Part shown: piece after piece, positions 13,952-27,351 of the stretch
Numbering within the stretch: the stretch's first letter is position 1
Layout: every line of letters starts with the position of its first letter
NCBI GenBank assembly: GCA_951406725.2
Contig: OX597818.1
Span: forward strand, 112,406,001-112,470,000
Source: Octopus vulgaris
Taxonomy: Eukaryota
DNA length: 64,000 nt
Direction of reading: 5' to 3'
Position numbers and translations under genes: made by a program
Notes under the pieces: generated by a model
The model's input: the letters and a program-made list of their open reading frames with translations, nothing else
What the model was told of the DNA's origin: nothing
Database searches by the model: none

Positions 13952-14216
13952 GCTGCGTGTTGTGTTCTTGAGCAAGACACTTTATTTCACGTTGCTCCAG
14001 TACACTCAGCTGTAGAAATGAGTTGCGACGTCACAGGTGCCAAGCTGTATCGGCCCTTGAGTTTCCCTTGGACAACATCGGTGACGTGGAGAGGGGAGGC
14101 CGGTATGCATGGGCGACTGCTGGTCTTCCATAAAACAACCTTGCCCAGACTTGTACCTCAGAGGGTAACTCTCTAGGTGCAAACCCATGGTCAGTGTCTG
14201 ACCGAAGGTGGTCACC
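13952..14216 (+). mobile_element. CORE-like SINE, C-type core with a different (RTE-like) tail, 5' truncated
   Basis: gttgtgttcttgagcaagacactttatttcacgttgctccag shared with the 35684 region; distinct 3' half. Confidence 0.75.
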
Positions 14217-14217
14217 A

Positions 14218-15110
14218 TAGTTGAAATTTACAGAAAAACAGAAGACGAAGACAGGCGTATAAGCAACAAGCAGGTGTAATAGTTTGACGCTCGGGAAGGT
14301 GAGAAGTTATATTACGTTTCGAGCCTATATTCATATATATAACAGAAAAATATAGGTTCAAGTAGAACAATTCAAACATGTTTGAGGAGTCCAAAATGAG
14401 AGAAAATAATTTCTAATAAAAATTCATCATACTTAGAAATATGCTTCTAGAGCAAGCAATAAGAATATGAAAATAACAATTGAAAAAGTTTGTTATAGTT
14501 ATAAAGATATCATAAACAATTATAAAAATGGAGAAAAAGATGTTGAAAAATCAAAATTAGATTTAATAAGCACATACGAACGTTTCATAGGGCAATACAA
14601 ATATGTCAGAATAAACGATAATTATAATTAAAACAATAATTAAAGTCATGTATTGTCATTCTTGTCAGTGTGAAGAGTTTAAGGGAAAAACATCCAAGAA
14701 AGTTATGATTAAAAATGGAAGTTATGACTAAAAATCAAGAAGGAAAAACAAATGGTGTAATAGAGAAAGTGAAACCGGATGTTTACAAATAAGTTGTAAA
14801 AGAGAAAAAAAATAAGAGAAACGAAAAGGAGGGACATGTCAATGTCTATCAAGTGAGGTGGTAGGTGAGGGGAAACGAGAGACGGGTGACGGCGGGGAGA
14901 GCAGACGCACAGTCCACAGAACGTGCTCTGGCAAGGGCGGTGTGGACAGAGGTGAGGCGATATCCACCTAGGATGAAGTGGCGAGCTACCAGTTGAGTCT
15001 GAGTCTCAAAGTCATGGTTGTCACTACAGAGCCTGCGTAGACGGAGAATTGGGAATGGGGGGGTTGGAGAACTTGGTGTGTTTAGAGTGGGAGCTATTTG
15101 AGAGACGATA
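14218..15110 (-). mobile_element. Penelope-like element fragment (RT C-terminal part + terminal sequence)
   Basis: ORF 14849-15142 LRLRRLCSDNHDF...HFILGGYR...ALARAR...FPLTYH matches the PLE thumb motif; end motif aatttaca..aagacgaagacagg recurs at 39328-39380 and 53285-53335. Confidence 0.7.
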
Positions 15111-15120
15111 AGAAAATGGA

Positions 15121-15447
15121 GATAAGAAGTTAATGATTGCATTTTATTAACGAATTGGTCATCTTCGATTCTTACAGGCGTTTCAATCGATATTCAATAA
15201 TTTAATGATAAGTTTGCACATAAAATTTACATTTATGTGACATAAGTATAAATGAAAATGAATTGACAGATCCACATATGACATCCGAAGGTATATCTAT
15301 TCTTCTCTGATGAAATTATACTCATGTCACATAAATATAAATTTAATATACAAATTTGTAATTAAATTTCCGAATATAAATTGAAATGGCCGTCGGAGTT
15401 GGAGATGATTAATTTGTTAACAATAAACAATTATTAACTTCATTATC
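15121..15447. repeat. Imperfect inverted repeat (~130 bp arms, roughly 75% identity); probable inverted PLE terminal repeat
   Basis: 15121-15251 is the reverse complement of 15315-15447. Confidence 0.85.
15303..15398 (+). ncRNA. Candidate degenerate type I hammerhead ribozyme
   Basis: CTGATGA (15307-15313), stem II closed by AATT/AATT, GAAA (15383-15386), T-GGCC-G stem III, GTC cleavage triplet (15392-15394), stem I TTCT/GGAG. Confidence 0.55.
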
Positions 15448-15594
15448 TTTATTGCTTTTCTTCTTTCAAATGGATACATACTATATACTTACTATATACC
15501 TATTGCTGTAAGGAATGTCCTCAAAAATACTCGGTGTTGAGCCACTATATCGTTGGACGCACCCATCCCTTCACGAGGTTAACATATCCTCTAA

Positions 15595-15655
<61 letters not shown>

Positions 15656-15656
<1 letters not shown>

Positions 15657-16196
15657 TAGCATTAAATACCCGTTGTTGCCGGGTCATAGTGCTAGTGCAT
15701 GTATATATGTGTATATATATGTGTACATATTACATGTACATCTATATATATACATGTACATCTATATATATACATAAAATGCAAAATACAAAGTTATATC
15801 TTGATATCACTAGAGATAACAATACTCAAAATATATAACAGACTGGAATTGTTAGCTCTTCTTTTTTCTCTACATTGTATACTTTATAGACAATAGTCTT
15901 TTCTTTAATTTAATTTTTTATTATCCATCTGAACTATTCCATTTCTGCACGCTAATTTTATTTTTAATTTATTCCTATTCATGTGAAACCACTTATTCAA
16001 GTTCAAATCATTGATGCAATTTCATACCAATTGCTATTTTTACTTTTGTACGTTACGATTATATTATACTTGCTGATGACACTCCCCGGACCCTAAGTAA
16101 AGCATGTGTAAAATTTCAATGAAATTAGTTGTGTAGTTCTCAAGTTTTAGGGAAACAGACAGACGGACAAACATTCTCAGTTTTATATATATAAAT
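15656..16196 (-). mobile_element. Non-autonomous Helitron
   Basis: Minus-strand 3' end: hairpin acccg..cgggt about 9 nt before CTAG followed by T; 5' end tatatatataaaactgagaatgtttgtccgtctgtctg typical of such elements. Confidence 0.75.
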
Positions 16197-16247
16197 ATAT
16201 ATATAATAGAAATATTAAAATTACTAAGTCTCTCTAAAGGAGATTAA

Positions 16248-16540
16248 TAGTTATCGCCACACTTATATGGCAGTCTTATAAATATAAGACTAAAGCTGTC
16301 GCTGATTAGCTCCAAGAGGCCACCGCATCAAGCTAGCTATTTGACACACAACCTGCGTCCATTATAAACATGTCTGCCGCTGTCTGACTGGCAGGATGAA
16401 GAGGCTGACCTCCCCTGTTCGAAGGTTTATAATGGACGCAGGTTGTGTGTCAAATAGCTAGCTTGAGGCGGTGGCCTCTTGGAGCTAATCAGCGACAGAT
16501 TTAGTCTTATAATTATAAGACTGCCATATAAGTATGGCGA

Positions 16541-16546
<6 letters not shown>
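16248..16546. repeat. Near-perfect hairpin, 122 bp arms, 55 nt spacer
   Basis: 16248-16369 vs 16425-16546, about 4 mismatches; abuts (TA)n. Confidence 0.95.
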
Positions 16547-16606
<60 letters not shown>

Positions 16607-16628
16607 CATATATGTATGTATATATATA

Positions 16629-17515
16629 CAGGGTGCGGCGAATAAATTATCACCTAACTTTCGCGCAAACATGAAGATAGCATTCACATCTCCCATTTTA
16701 TGCGATATATTTACCAAAATTATATAGAAGTATCTTGAAAAGAGTAATTATACTCAATAAAATCGCAATTGGCTTCAAATATGGCCGCCCGACGACGTCG
16801 GAATCTCTTGCAACTCCTTTGGAAGGTCTCTTTGTTACTTTTTTGAATGCTGCCATAATTCTTGCCTTCAGTTCATCTTTGGTGTTACAAGGAGTTTTGC
16901 TGGTCTCTCGCCCAACTGCGACTCACACGTAATAATCATGGGGGTCGCAGTCTGGGATGTTAGGTGGCCAGGTTGTAGTGTTGATGTGGTCGCATAAATT
17001 GCCTGACAGCCATGACTGGATCCTCCTGCATGTGTGGCATGGTGTAGAGTCCTGTTGCGAGACATGGGGTGTTCCAGTAGCCACCCACTTGATTCGGGGC
17101 AGCACAACCTCCTCCAGGCACTTGATATAGGACTCCGTGTTGAGTCTAAGGCCGTGTAGGAAGACGAATGAAGGCGTAACGTTGCTATCAGTAGTGATCA
17201 CTCCAAATAGATTGATGTTGACTGGATATTTGATTTTTATCTTTCCCGGTACATGTTTTGGGGTCACGGCAAGCCAGCGGTTGCTCTGTGTGTTCACCAT
17301 CTGCTCGTATTGAAGCTTCCGGTGCGAATGCCAATCAATACAGCATGTCGTTTCCAAATTTCTGGCAAAGTTAATTGCGTCATGTTGCTGTTTTTCTCAC
17401 AGACAGTGCTTAACGGACCCTACTATATTGTGTAGTCGACAAAATAAAAATAATAACAATGCACATGTGCGAAATTAATGATATAAAATGTCAACAAGGT
17501 ACCCATCGCACCCTG
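16629..17515 (-). mobile_element. Tc1/mariner superfamily element (maT/DD37D-like), internally deleted
   Basis: Termini cagggtgcg / cgcaccctg, TA on left; transposase remnant SNRWLA...QQDSTPCHT...WPPNIPDCDPHDYYV. Confidence 0.85.
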
Positions 17516-17967
17516 AATGTATGCATTCGCTGAGGGAGGTCTTCGGGTGTGAAAGACTAATTGTAGGTTATATTGTAAAACTTTTTTCTATTAATGTATG
17601 GCAAAAATGAATTTTTTAAGTAAGCATAAAAATTAGCTGGGTTTAACAAATTTGAAATTGGATCAAATTTTGAAAAGTATAAAATTTCTGATGCCATCAG
17701 AAAAGCTCCATATCTTCTGCCAGTAATTGTTCCCCATTATATGTAATGTGATTATGTATCGGTTTTCCGCTAAATTATCCAATAGACATTAATTCACTGT
17801 GAAATATATCCGATAGACTTTCTGCTAACATGACTTTCTAGAAATGGCCTCTTACAACACGTATCTAGGGACAGAGAATTTTATGAAGGGTGGGGATACG
17901 AAACCGTAAAAAACTTATTATAAACATACGGACATGCGTTGATATACGTCATTTGTTGTAAGATAAT

Positions 17968-18188
17968 GAGCAGCTAGACACGTTAGCACACCGCCTAAAA
18001 TACTTAGCGACATTTGAACCTTCATGGCGTTCCGAGTTCAAATTTCGCCGAGGCCGACTTTGCCTTTCATCACTTTTGGAGTCGGTAAGTATCACCTAAA
18101 TAATGCGGAATGGAGGACAATGAAGTCGATTAATCTCAACATATCCTTCGAAATTTTCAGGTTTCATGCTTATAATAGTAAATGATTA
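17968..18188 (+). mobile_element. SINE family A
   Basis: gttagcac...gagttcaaatttcgccgaggccgactttgcctttcatc. Confidence 0.8.
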
Positions 18189-18872
18189 TTTTCGTTTTCA
18201 CACTTTCTGTATAACAAGAGTAAATGACATTCTGAAACGGAATATTGATCGTGTTTCGGGAGTAGAAAGCTACTGGAATGAACAGTATTGCTGAATATAA
18301 GCTCCATGTATAACCGATGTTTTAATCTTATTAATTACATTGTGCAGCGAATACCATAAAAATTCAATTCTTAACTTCAATTGTTAAAGCGGGTAAATCA
18401 AAAAGAAAAACCAACGAACAAATCCCGTAGCTCATTATGTACTTAGGAGAATTGTTCTTAAGAATATGGAAAGAATGCTGGAAACTCTTTCTTTTCACAC
18501 AGAAATTATGAAGATACATGTTGCACTTTTAGCATTATGGAGAATTATTTACACTTATATTGAACAGAAACTCGCAGGAACGCGCTGATACATACGAACA
18601 CAAATACACACATACATGTATACATTTCTGTATACATACATGTATACACACACAGATATTATTCAGAATGTGTTTATAATATGTGTATATATATATATGT
18701 GTATATATATATATATAAATATGTATGTTTTATGTATGTGTGTGTGTTTGTGTCTGTAAGTGTGCGTGTATAAGTGTGTGTGTATACAAGAATACTCACA
18801 TGACATATATATCTCTTGGCATATATGTATAGGAATAATTTAATATGATATAATATAATATATTATATTATA

Positions 18873-18904
<32 letters not shown>

Positions 18905-19194
18905 AACATATATATATATATATATACGTACATATATAATTATATATTGAATGAATAAACGTCTTGAGGTGAAAATTGAATTGAAAGTTGTGTGTCATAT
19001 GACGATACGTATTAATTCAAAATGCGTAGAAAAACAGTCACCGTTTTTAAGAGACAATTTACTTTGGAATAACTTCATATAGAAATTTATTTCCTTTATT
19101 ATCATTTTATTAGTGAAATAATATTAATATGTGAACATTGTTATAGATACATACTTTCCATATATGTATACATATATACAAAAACACAGATATG

Positions 19195-19262
19195 CAGACA
19201 CATACACAATCAAACACACATATATATTGACAGGTACATATAAAAATGCACACACATACACA

Positions 19263-19352
<90 letters not shown>

Positions 19353-19444
19353 CATATATATACGAACTCGCGCGAGCGCACACAAACGTACACACACATA
19401 TACATATATTCATATACGTATATGTTTATATTTGTGAGTAGGGC

Positions 19445-19488
<44 letters not shown>

Positions 19489-19490
19489 GG
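19195..19490. repeat. (CA)n/(TA)n compound microsatellite
   Basis: Direct read. Confidence 0.9.
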
Positions 19491-19649
19491 TTATATTTAT
19501 ATATCTGAATAATGAATTTCAAACTACATTTTGCCTCTGGGCATTAAATGTTTCAAATTAGCGTTTAAGAATTCAATGATCGGAACATACAAGCATTATA
19601 ACAATGACTAAAATTATTTTAACATGAATATTTGTGCTTTATATTATTG

Positions 19650-20400
19650 GCGTAATCTTTTCATTACCAGAAACATTCCACTTGACATTTCTCTATTCTC
19701 TAGACCATTTGCCTTAGAAATATCCTGATAAATGAATCTCAATCACACATTCTACCAAGTATTGAATACACTGCTATCTTGAACATACTTAACTCATGCG
19801 ATTAATGAACACTATGTTGTTATTCCACGCTGCATGTTTAGGTAAATAATACCTTCCGATATTTTACCTTAGCCTCCAACATTCAGGCATGACTCAGAAT
19901 CTAGTTAGGCTTTCCACGCTAATTTTCCATGGTTCTTTTGAGAAGGCTTTTTAAAACAACTTCCTTTCAGAACACAGCATATGTGTCATAGTTAATAGCT
20001 CTAAACCGTCCTAGAATATATTGTTCGTAAGCGTCTTGTAAACACAGGCACTCAAAGAAACGTTATTACTGAATTTTTCTTGTAGAGGACGCATTGTGGG
20101 TTTAAAATTTTAACTACACATTTTGGTTCATCATGTGATGGTCGGATCCATTTGCTTTTACTTGAACTGTCCATCTCTTTAACGTCATGGACTAGCCTAG
20201 TGTCTGTTCATCAGCTATAAAATAAGAAGTTTTGAACCGCTCAGTCCCTAGGGAGGAAAGTTTTGTTACAAAGGACCTGGGACCTTGATGTGAGAACTGT
20301 TTGATTTCAACTTGTAATTTTCAGCTTGAACAGAATTCAAACCAGAGTGCTTGATGTTAAGCCCCGTGCCATGCCAATATTTCAATAGAATTGTAGCCTT
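19650..20400 (+). mobile_element. Very old LINE RT remnant
   Basis: SEHSICVIVNS (~FLSxRxxxVxVNG) near 19967-19998; otherwise disrupted. Confidence 0.3.
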
Positions 20401-20404
20401 TCTA

Positions 20405-20463
20405 TTCATTTATTCTTTTACTTGAATCAGTCACCTTTCGCGGCCATGCTGGAGCATCGCCTT
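20405..20463 (-). mobile_element. SINE family B tail-only fragment
   Basis: cagtcacctttcgcggccatgctggagcatcgcc. Confidence 0.6.
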
Positions 20464-21049
20464 ATCTTCATTTTTATGAGCATTTAAACTACACAATATA
20501 TTGACAATTATTAATGTTCCGCCAGGTCGTTGTATCAAATTTTAGCAATAGTAATATATATTTCTTTGCAGTCGACTGCAAATTGTCTTTGAATTTGTTT
20601 ATTATTATCCATCCTGAATTCATTTAACAAAGGGCAAAATATATCATACCTTAAAACCGCAATTCACACAACCACGTACACACATTATCGTTAAACTCTC
20701 TTCTGTTGAGATTACAACTACTTCTCCTAATATGATATCGACTTACCTAAATCAACCAACACCATACGTTGCTCAGCTGTTTAGTATCTACCGCAAAAAT
20801 TTTCACTGTTTCCCATTATTCCGCCAATAGACTGTATTCATGTTTATTTCTATCAGCCTTACAAATAAACACGTATAACTATAGACGATTGTGCTGACCT
20901 TGCACTGAATCGATATTTGTGTGTGAGAAGCGTCTTGAAATGATCGCAAGATAAGTAAATGAGTTTGTGGTATCGGTGTAGCATTATTTCTTTAGTAAAC
21001 CGCTTTATCGAATACAGTAATTGAAACATCTTGCATTGCGACATACTGT

Positions 21050-21262
21050 TTTCGAATTTTGGCACAAGGCTTGCAATTACGGGGAAGAAGTGTAAAGTGA
21101 TTACATCGTGGCCGAATGTTCAAATCGTGCTTACTTATCGACACCGAAAGGAAGAAAGGCAAAGTCGACTTCGACGGAATTTGAACTCAGAACGTAATAA
21201 CGGACGAAGTGCCTCCAATAATTTTTTCCGGTGTGCTAACGATTCTGCCGGTTCACCATCTT
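21050..21262 (-). mobile_element. SINE family A
   Basis: gaaaggcaaagtcgacttcgacggaatttgaactcagaacg. Confidence 0.85.
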
Positions 21263-22799
21263 AAGCCATACAAAATATTAATCCGTTAGTTTTGGTTCAG
21301 AATTTAATGACGCAATTAAGTGAATGTGGCTGTTAGAAGAATATTACTAAAGAGTCTTCATACAACTTCAGACACACAGACTAAATTGAAAGTTCATAAA
21401 ATGTTATAAACAGCAAATATTTTGATATTTGTGAAGCTTTCCTAAGCAGATATTCAATGATGCGTAACATTTTAAAGTAATTAATGATTTTTTCAAGAGT
21501 TCTCAAAGTAATTAGTAGCAAATATGAGCGATAATTGGATATTTATTATTAATTTGTGTTATCCTATGAGGAATGTTCATGAATTCTAATTTTAGATGAA
21601 GTAATTCCATCACTTTCGTAACATGCGATGTAAACTTTTAAAATATTTCTATTGCTGAATTAAAGGTTGAACAAAATTAGCAAATGTCTACATACTTACT
21701 GACACGAATCTAACACAACTGTCTCCCTTATGCTTTGCTTAATTCATATATTTTCAACAGTCGTCCAGGTGTTTTAGCGCAAGGTGCCCGATTTTTCAAG
21801 CGTTTTATCCATTACTGTTCATTTTATGTATAGATAGTGTATCAAGAAGTAGATTATCCATTGTAAACTTGAAAATGATAGTATGTGAATAAATGGAAAA
21901 TTATATAAGATCACGTAGAGTTTACCCTTTGGCTTATATCACTTAAGTTTATTTTAATATTTATTTCAAGTGGACATACCAGCTCCAATTTGCGTTATTG
22001 ACGTTATTGATATGATCACTGGAATCTATGAGAAGAATTGGATTAGATGTAGCACGTGCTTTGTTACTTCGTATTAATGTGTTTATTTGTGCGCTAAAAT
22101 ATTCAGTTATTGGGCCATTTGATGCAATTCGAATGTCAAACAAGGTTAGGAAAGAACACTAAAATTTGTTTATTCCATCGTCAAATCGAAGTTTATTTAA
22201 ATTTCGTTACTTGAAGCCATTACGGACAGCGAGGTGTGGTCAATTCATGATAAACACATCAACACAAGTATATAAAACCAGGCTTGGTATATTTCCATTG
22301 TAAATGCTGAAATTCTGACATACTTGACGTATTAAATGAAATTTAAATTAAATTGATGTCTATAGTTTCAAAAATGCATACACTGCCTTCATAAATGCTG
22401 TATGCAACACTACACGAAGTAAATTATGTTATATATGTGAATAAGATAACAAGGTACAAAATGAAATGAGGAAGGACCTTTATATTTAAAAACAATTGAG
22501 ATTCATGTAATGAGAATTATTGACATATAAAGTTTTATAATTCATGAAGAATTTATAACTGCAAATTTAATTATGATTCGCCCAAGACTACGACATTACG
22601 CCGCGCGTCAGCAGCATGATAATAAGGAATGTGGTGCCCAAAAGCACTGTGAAGTGTATGAAAATGTGAAATAATGGCGTTAATCAGAACATGTGTCTAG
22701 AAATTCCAAACTTCCAATTCAAACGTCCACTTTGTTGCACATACATTTATTTTATATGATTGACGCTAACATACTAGTATCTGAAAATGAACTGCCTTC

Positions 22800-23300
22800 A
22801 TCCTTACAAGAATATGAGATTTACGAGAAGTGGAGAGAAGCTGAGAAAAAAATCCTTACGCAAATATAAGATCATTCCCTAACAAACTCAATTTGATGCG
22901 TAACAAACTCTAGAATTCCAGGATTGAGTTTCGTTATCAAAATCTTTTGGCGTGTCTGCTGTAGGATGTAGACAGATCGGGTTGACCATAAGTGGACAAT
23001 ATTGCACACCAGCCAAACAAAAAGGATTAGCCATCGTTTTAAGAAATGAAGCGCGTCTGACACAAAAACCCTTCAACAGATTTTCGACGGCAAACCTTTC
23101 ATAGCTGGGATCATGTTGTTGAACAGGTCGGCGACTACAAAATACCAGCAGTTAGTTGTTTCCCCGCTTGCAAGCGAGCCTGGTGACTGCGATCAAGATT
23201 TACAAGATCCCCCGATCAATCGCAGAACTCGATCACTGTTGTAGGACTACGTAACCAAAGCGATGGTCTTCATTGTTCAATAATGGACAAACATATTTTG
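22800..23300 (+). mobile_element. Possible Tc1-like transposase remnant
   Basis: Weak motifs IKIFWRVC (~MFWG) and WDHVVEQV followed by a Tc1-like C-terminus; no TIRs found. Confidence 0.3.
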
Positions 23301-23848
23301 GTACTGAGATATATCTGATGATACTAATACTACAAGTAAAAGATTAATTACGTGCACGTGAATACACAAGTTCTTAAAAAGTATTAATTTCCCAACACGC
23401 AAAGAAGAGCAATCTGTCTTTTTTTGTCTTTTGCTATCCATTTGTATATTCTTCTTTAAAAGCCCGAGAAGATATTTATGTCTGCTATTTTATGCGTTTA
23501 ATATATAAACGTCTGTAGAATCCTGTGGCCTGCTAAACCTTTCGGCGACCAGTGACACTTATGACGTTTACGTTTAGGTGTAGTCACTGCATGCAGGAAA
23601 TTGTAGAGAGTATATATTATTGAAGGCTTTACTTTTGGGTACTATTCAACATGAATCTTTGTGTGTGTGTGTGTGTGTGTGTGTGTGAGTGTGTGTGTGA
23701 GAGAGAGAGAAAGAGAGTGAATGTGTGTGTGTATGTACATATATTTGTATGTACGTGCGTGTGTGTGTGTGCATGTGTGTACATGTATATACATATATAC
23801 ATATACATATATTCATATACATATATACATATACATATATTCATATAC

Positions 23849-23984
23849 ATATATACATATACATATATACATATATAATGCGCGACGGATGGTTAAGAAT
23901 CCGATTAGAATTGCTTGTACATGTATATACATATATACATATATAATGCGCGACGGATGGTTAAAAATCTGATTAGAATTGCTT
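23849..23984 (+). repeat. 68-bp tandem duplication
   Basis: aatgcgcgacggatggttaa(g/a)aatc(c/t)gattagaattgctt occurs twice. Confidence 0.9.
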
Positions 23985-24829
23985 ATAGTGAGGACAGTTA
24001 ATTAATTTTTTAATTGTATTATGGATGGTGGAACTATGATTGTCTCATCTTATTACACAATACAGTGAAACTTATATTTTGTTCTCGTTTGATGAAAAAT
24101 ACAAAACATTGCTATTATTTTCTACTAGATCAGACATTTTTCCAAAATAATCACTTTTAAAATTTAAAGCAACTACATTGTTTTATAATATAGAATTTCA
24201 ATATTCGAACATACACTTATCGTACATCTTACATCTTATAATCTTTTTGCAATACTCACAGGTGACGTTATTTGACTAGATTGTTTCTGCGATGTGTTTA
24301 AGACGAATGTGATTATATTTCATTGCACATTACCCGAATACTTTTAGAATATTCTTGAATTTCGAGAGACGCCACTATCAGCTAGTCAGTACTAAATCTA
24401 TTGGCAATGAATTGGATACAGACTAATTTACAAGTATCAATATCGGTGTCACAAATTCACAGTTTGCAAAGAGCAACCATTTGCTCTACATCTTAGTCAT
24501 GCGTAACAAAGACACTACTTACTGGCCAAAACCACAAATTTGACGTTGTTTTCAATAGCTGGATTAACATGAAATGTTATCTGCAGTCTGTCGTATTCAT
24601 GTGTTAAAACACATTATTATTTCTAGATAAATTATTTAAAAAAAAAAGAAAAATTATAAAGAGAACGGCAGCAATGAGTATATTTAATTACTGACAGATC
24701 CAATTGCTCCAAACATCACGAATAGTTTTAATGTTAAACGGAATTAGGAAAATAACGAAAATGTATTTTGACGCCAACATTTTATTTTTGATTGAATACA
24801 ACATCTGCTTCTTTCTTTTATTCTCTCCT

Positions 24830-25245
24830 TTATTTGTTTAAGTCATTTGACCGTGGTCATGCTGGAGCACTGCCTTTAGTCGAACACAATTCGACCCCAG
24901 GACTAATTTTTTTGTAAACCTAGTACTTATTTTTATCGGTTTCCTTTGCGGAACTGCTGGGTTACGGGCATATAAACACACCAACATCGGTTCCAAGTGA
25001 TGGTGGGTGGAGGACAAATACAGACACACAGACATATAAACATACACACGCCCCCATACACACACACGCCCCCCATACACATACATATATATATACATAT
25101 ACGACCGGCTTCTTTCAGTATTAGTCTACCAAATTCACCGGAGGCTATAGTAGAAGACACTTGCCCAAGGTGCCATGCAGTAGGACTGAACGCGAACCAT
25201 GTGGTTGTTAAACCACCTACTTAGCACAGAACCACACCTGCGCCT
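24830..25245 (-). mobile_element. SINE family B, full length
   Basis: Tail, body, internal CA/TA tract, gaagacacttgcccaaggtgcc core and head all present. Confidence 0.9.
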
Positions 25246-25282
25246 ATAGATTTTTTATATTTTTCTTGTATTTCTCTTCATT

Positions 25283-25470
25283 GTTAGACGCTGGGTTCCA
25301 GAATCGTTAGGCCCTTGTATAAAATGTCTCGCGATATTGACTTCGGTTTGCCCATTTTGAATTCTAACACTACCAAGTTTAACCTTGTCTTTCACCCTTC
25401 CTAGATCGATAAAATTAAGCATCGATCTGGAACTAGAATCAATGGTATAGAACACAATCTTCCTGTTATA
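25283..25470 (-). mobile_element. Decayed SINE family A-like copy (orientation uncertain)
   Basis: cagaatcgttag...ttcacccttcctagatcgataaaattaagc resembles family A. Confidence 0.45.
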
Positions 25471-26261
25471 ACTGAACCTACTCTAATGTTCTCCATAATG
25501 AATCTCTTCTACGGTTAAATGTAAGCTTGAAGTTATTACTCATAATCTGGCTTGTTTATGACATCAGGTTTAGAGTATATCAATAAAATGAAAAATTATG
25601 TCAGAGTTTCAATAATGGCTTCCTCTGATGTCACAATGTGTTGGATTCTAATAGTAAAATCTAGATGTGTATTTCTATTCGTTTAGTTAAGAAATAAATG
25701 TTCCTATTTTAAGTCCAGCCTGCAGCATATTCTTATATAGATGCGATGAAAAATGTGGTGTAGGCTTGAGAAATGGTGATAGGTACATGATGTATGAAGC
25801 AACATACGTTATGTTTCTCCTTAATTTTTTCTCAACATAATGACATGTTGATTAACAGTTGTTCACTTCTTGCAATAATTTTTTTTCTCTGTGGAAGCGA
25901 TCAGCACTTCCGCAGTCTAAAGCTGCCATTACTGATGCTATTTGATTTTGGTTCCTTTAATTCTTTGCTGTCATTCTATAAGATTCAATATAGCAATGCT
26001 GTATATCTTCCTTTCGTAATATATTACATCTATCAGAAGTTGCACATACATCTCTTTTATTGAAAACTGCATTACCAGCTTTTACATCGAATGTTGCGTC
26101 AAGGGTTTCTTTTTAGGATCAAGTAGTTACTTTTTGCTTTTTACTTGGCCATTGAATAATGTTAACTTGCACAATATAGTCGTTTCTATCTTTCTTACAC
26201 AGAAGTGATGAATGAATCAATGTTCTGACTGACTCATATAACATTTCAAATACTTACTCAC

Positions 26262-26329
26262 CTTAGGGTCATTACTAGCTAATGGCATGTGACAGTTTCC
26301 ACAGTTCACATAACGCAATATAAGCAAAG
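26262..26329 (-). other. Weak candidate exon
   Basis: Strong donor AAG|GTGAGT at 26262/26261; weak acceptor; open frame LLILRYVNCGNCHMPLASNDPK. Confidence 0.15.
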
Positions 26330-27168
26330 CTTGTTACAAATGCAGAATTAGCAAGTGCATAATAAAATAGGAAGGTTTTCATGAAGAAAAAAACACCCAC
26401 GAAATAACTGGGTTTTTTTTTTGTTTGTGAACCAACTATTCACAGAATAAAATATTTTGCAGTATATATTAACGAAATATGCTGCCATTGTACATAACTA
26501 CGCGTGTGTTTGTAACTCTGATATTCACATCTCAAAGACTGAAACATAATCTCTTTCGTCTTAACAAAGGATGTGGAAATTATATTTGTCAGGTTTCAGC
26601 ATTGAATGAAAACGGAATTCCAATGCTGCATAATTGAAGCTTTTATAGTCTTGTAAATCTCCGAACACTTTGAAATGAAATCTCCGATGGTCTGTCTTTT
26701 TATGTTTTCGATTGCTTTTACCACTTTTCCAAAATTAACCCTAGAAGTGACCAGTTGAATGTACTGCAAAAAACAACTTAGCTTTCTTATTTACTTATAT
26801 TATTATTATTATTATTATTACTTTGGTGTAGCATGAATGAAGACTATTTGACTCTGCTTCGGGTGTGGTCATAAGTCACGTGATTATTCGATTTATTTTT
26901 ATTACATATTCATCTTAGGTGGACCACTGTGTACTTATGAGAATGAAATGCTGGAGAGTGAATAAAACAAAATACACATGCAAACACTCATGCAAACATG
27001 CAAACATGCAAACACACACACATGCACACATACATAAACGCACGCACATACACACATGTATGCACATACACACATGTATGCACATACATGCACACATACA
27101 TACATAAAGACACATTCTCTCTCTCTTCTCTCTCTGTCACCTACACACACACACGTATATATATATAT

Positions 27169-27351
27169 CCCCTTCGCTACATTTGCGGTACCTGCCAGAG
27201 GGAGTGTTTGTCCAGGATAGGACTACACAACCACAGCAGGAAATGTATCAGGACATGAAATATAAAAGCCGGACTAGACTACAAAAAAAAAGCGCAACTC
27301 CATTGTCTCCCGAGACAGAAAGGATGCCAATACAATACAATACAATACAAT

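Noticed and set aside
19110-19522. YI/CV/HT-repeat ORFs here and throughout
   Set aside because: Stop-free dinucleotide microsatellites, not genes
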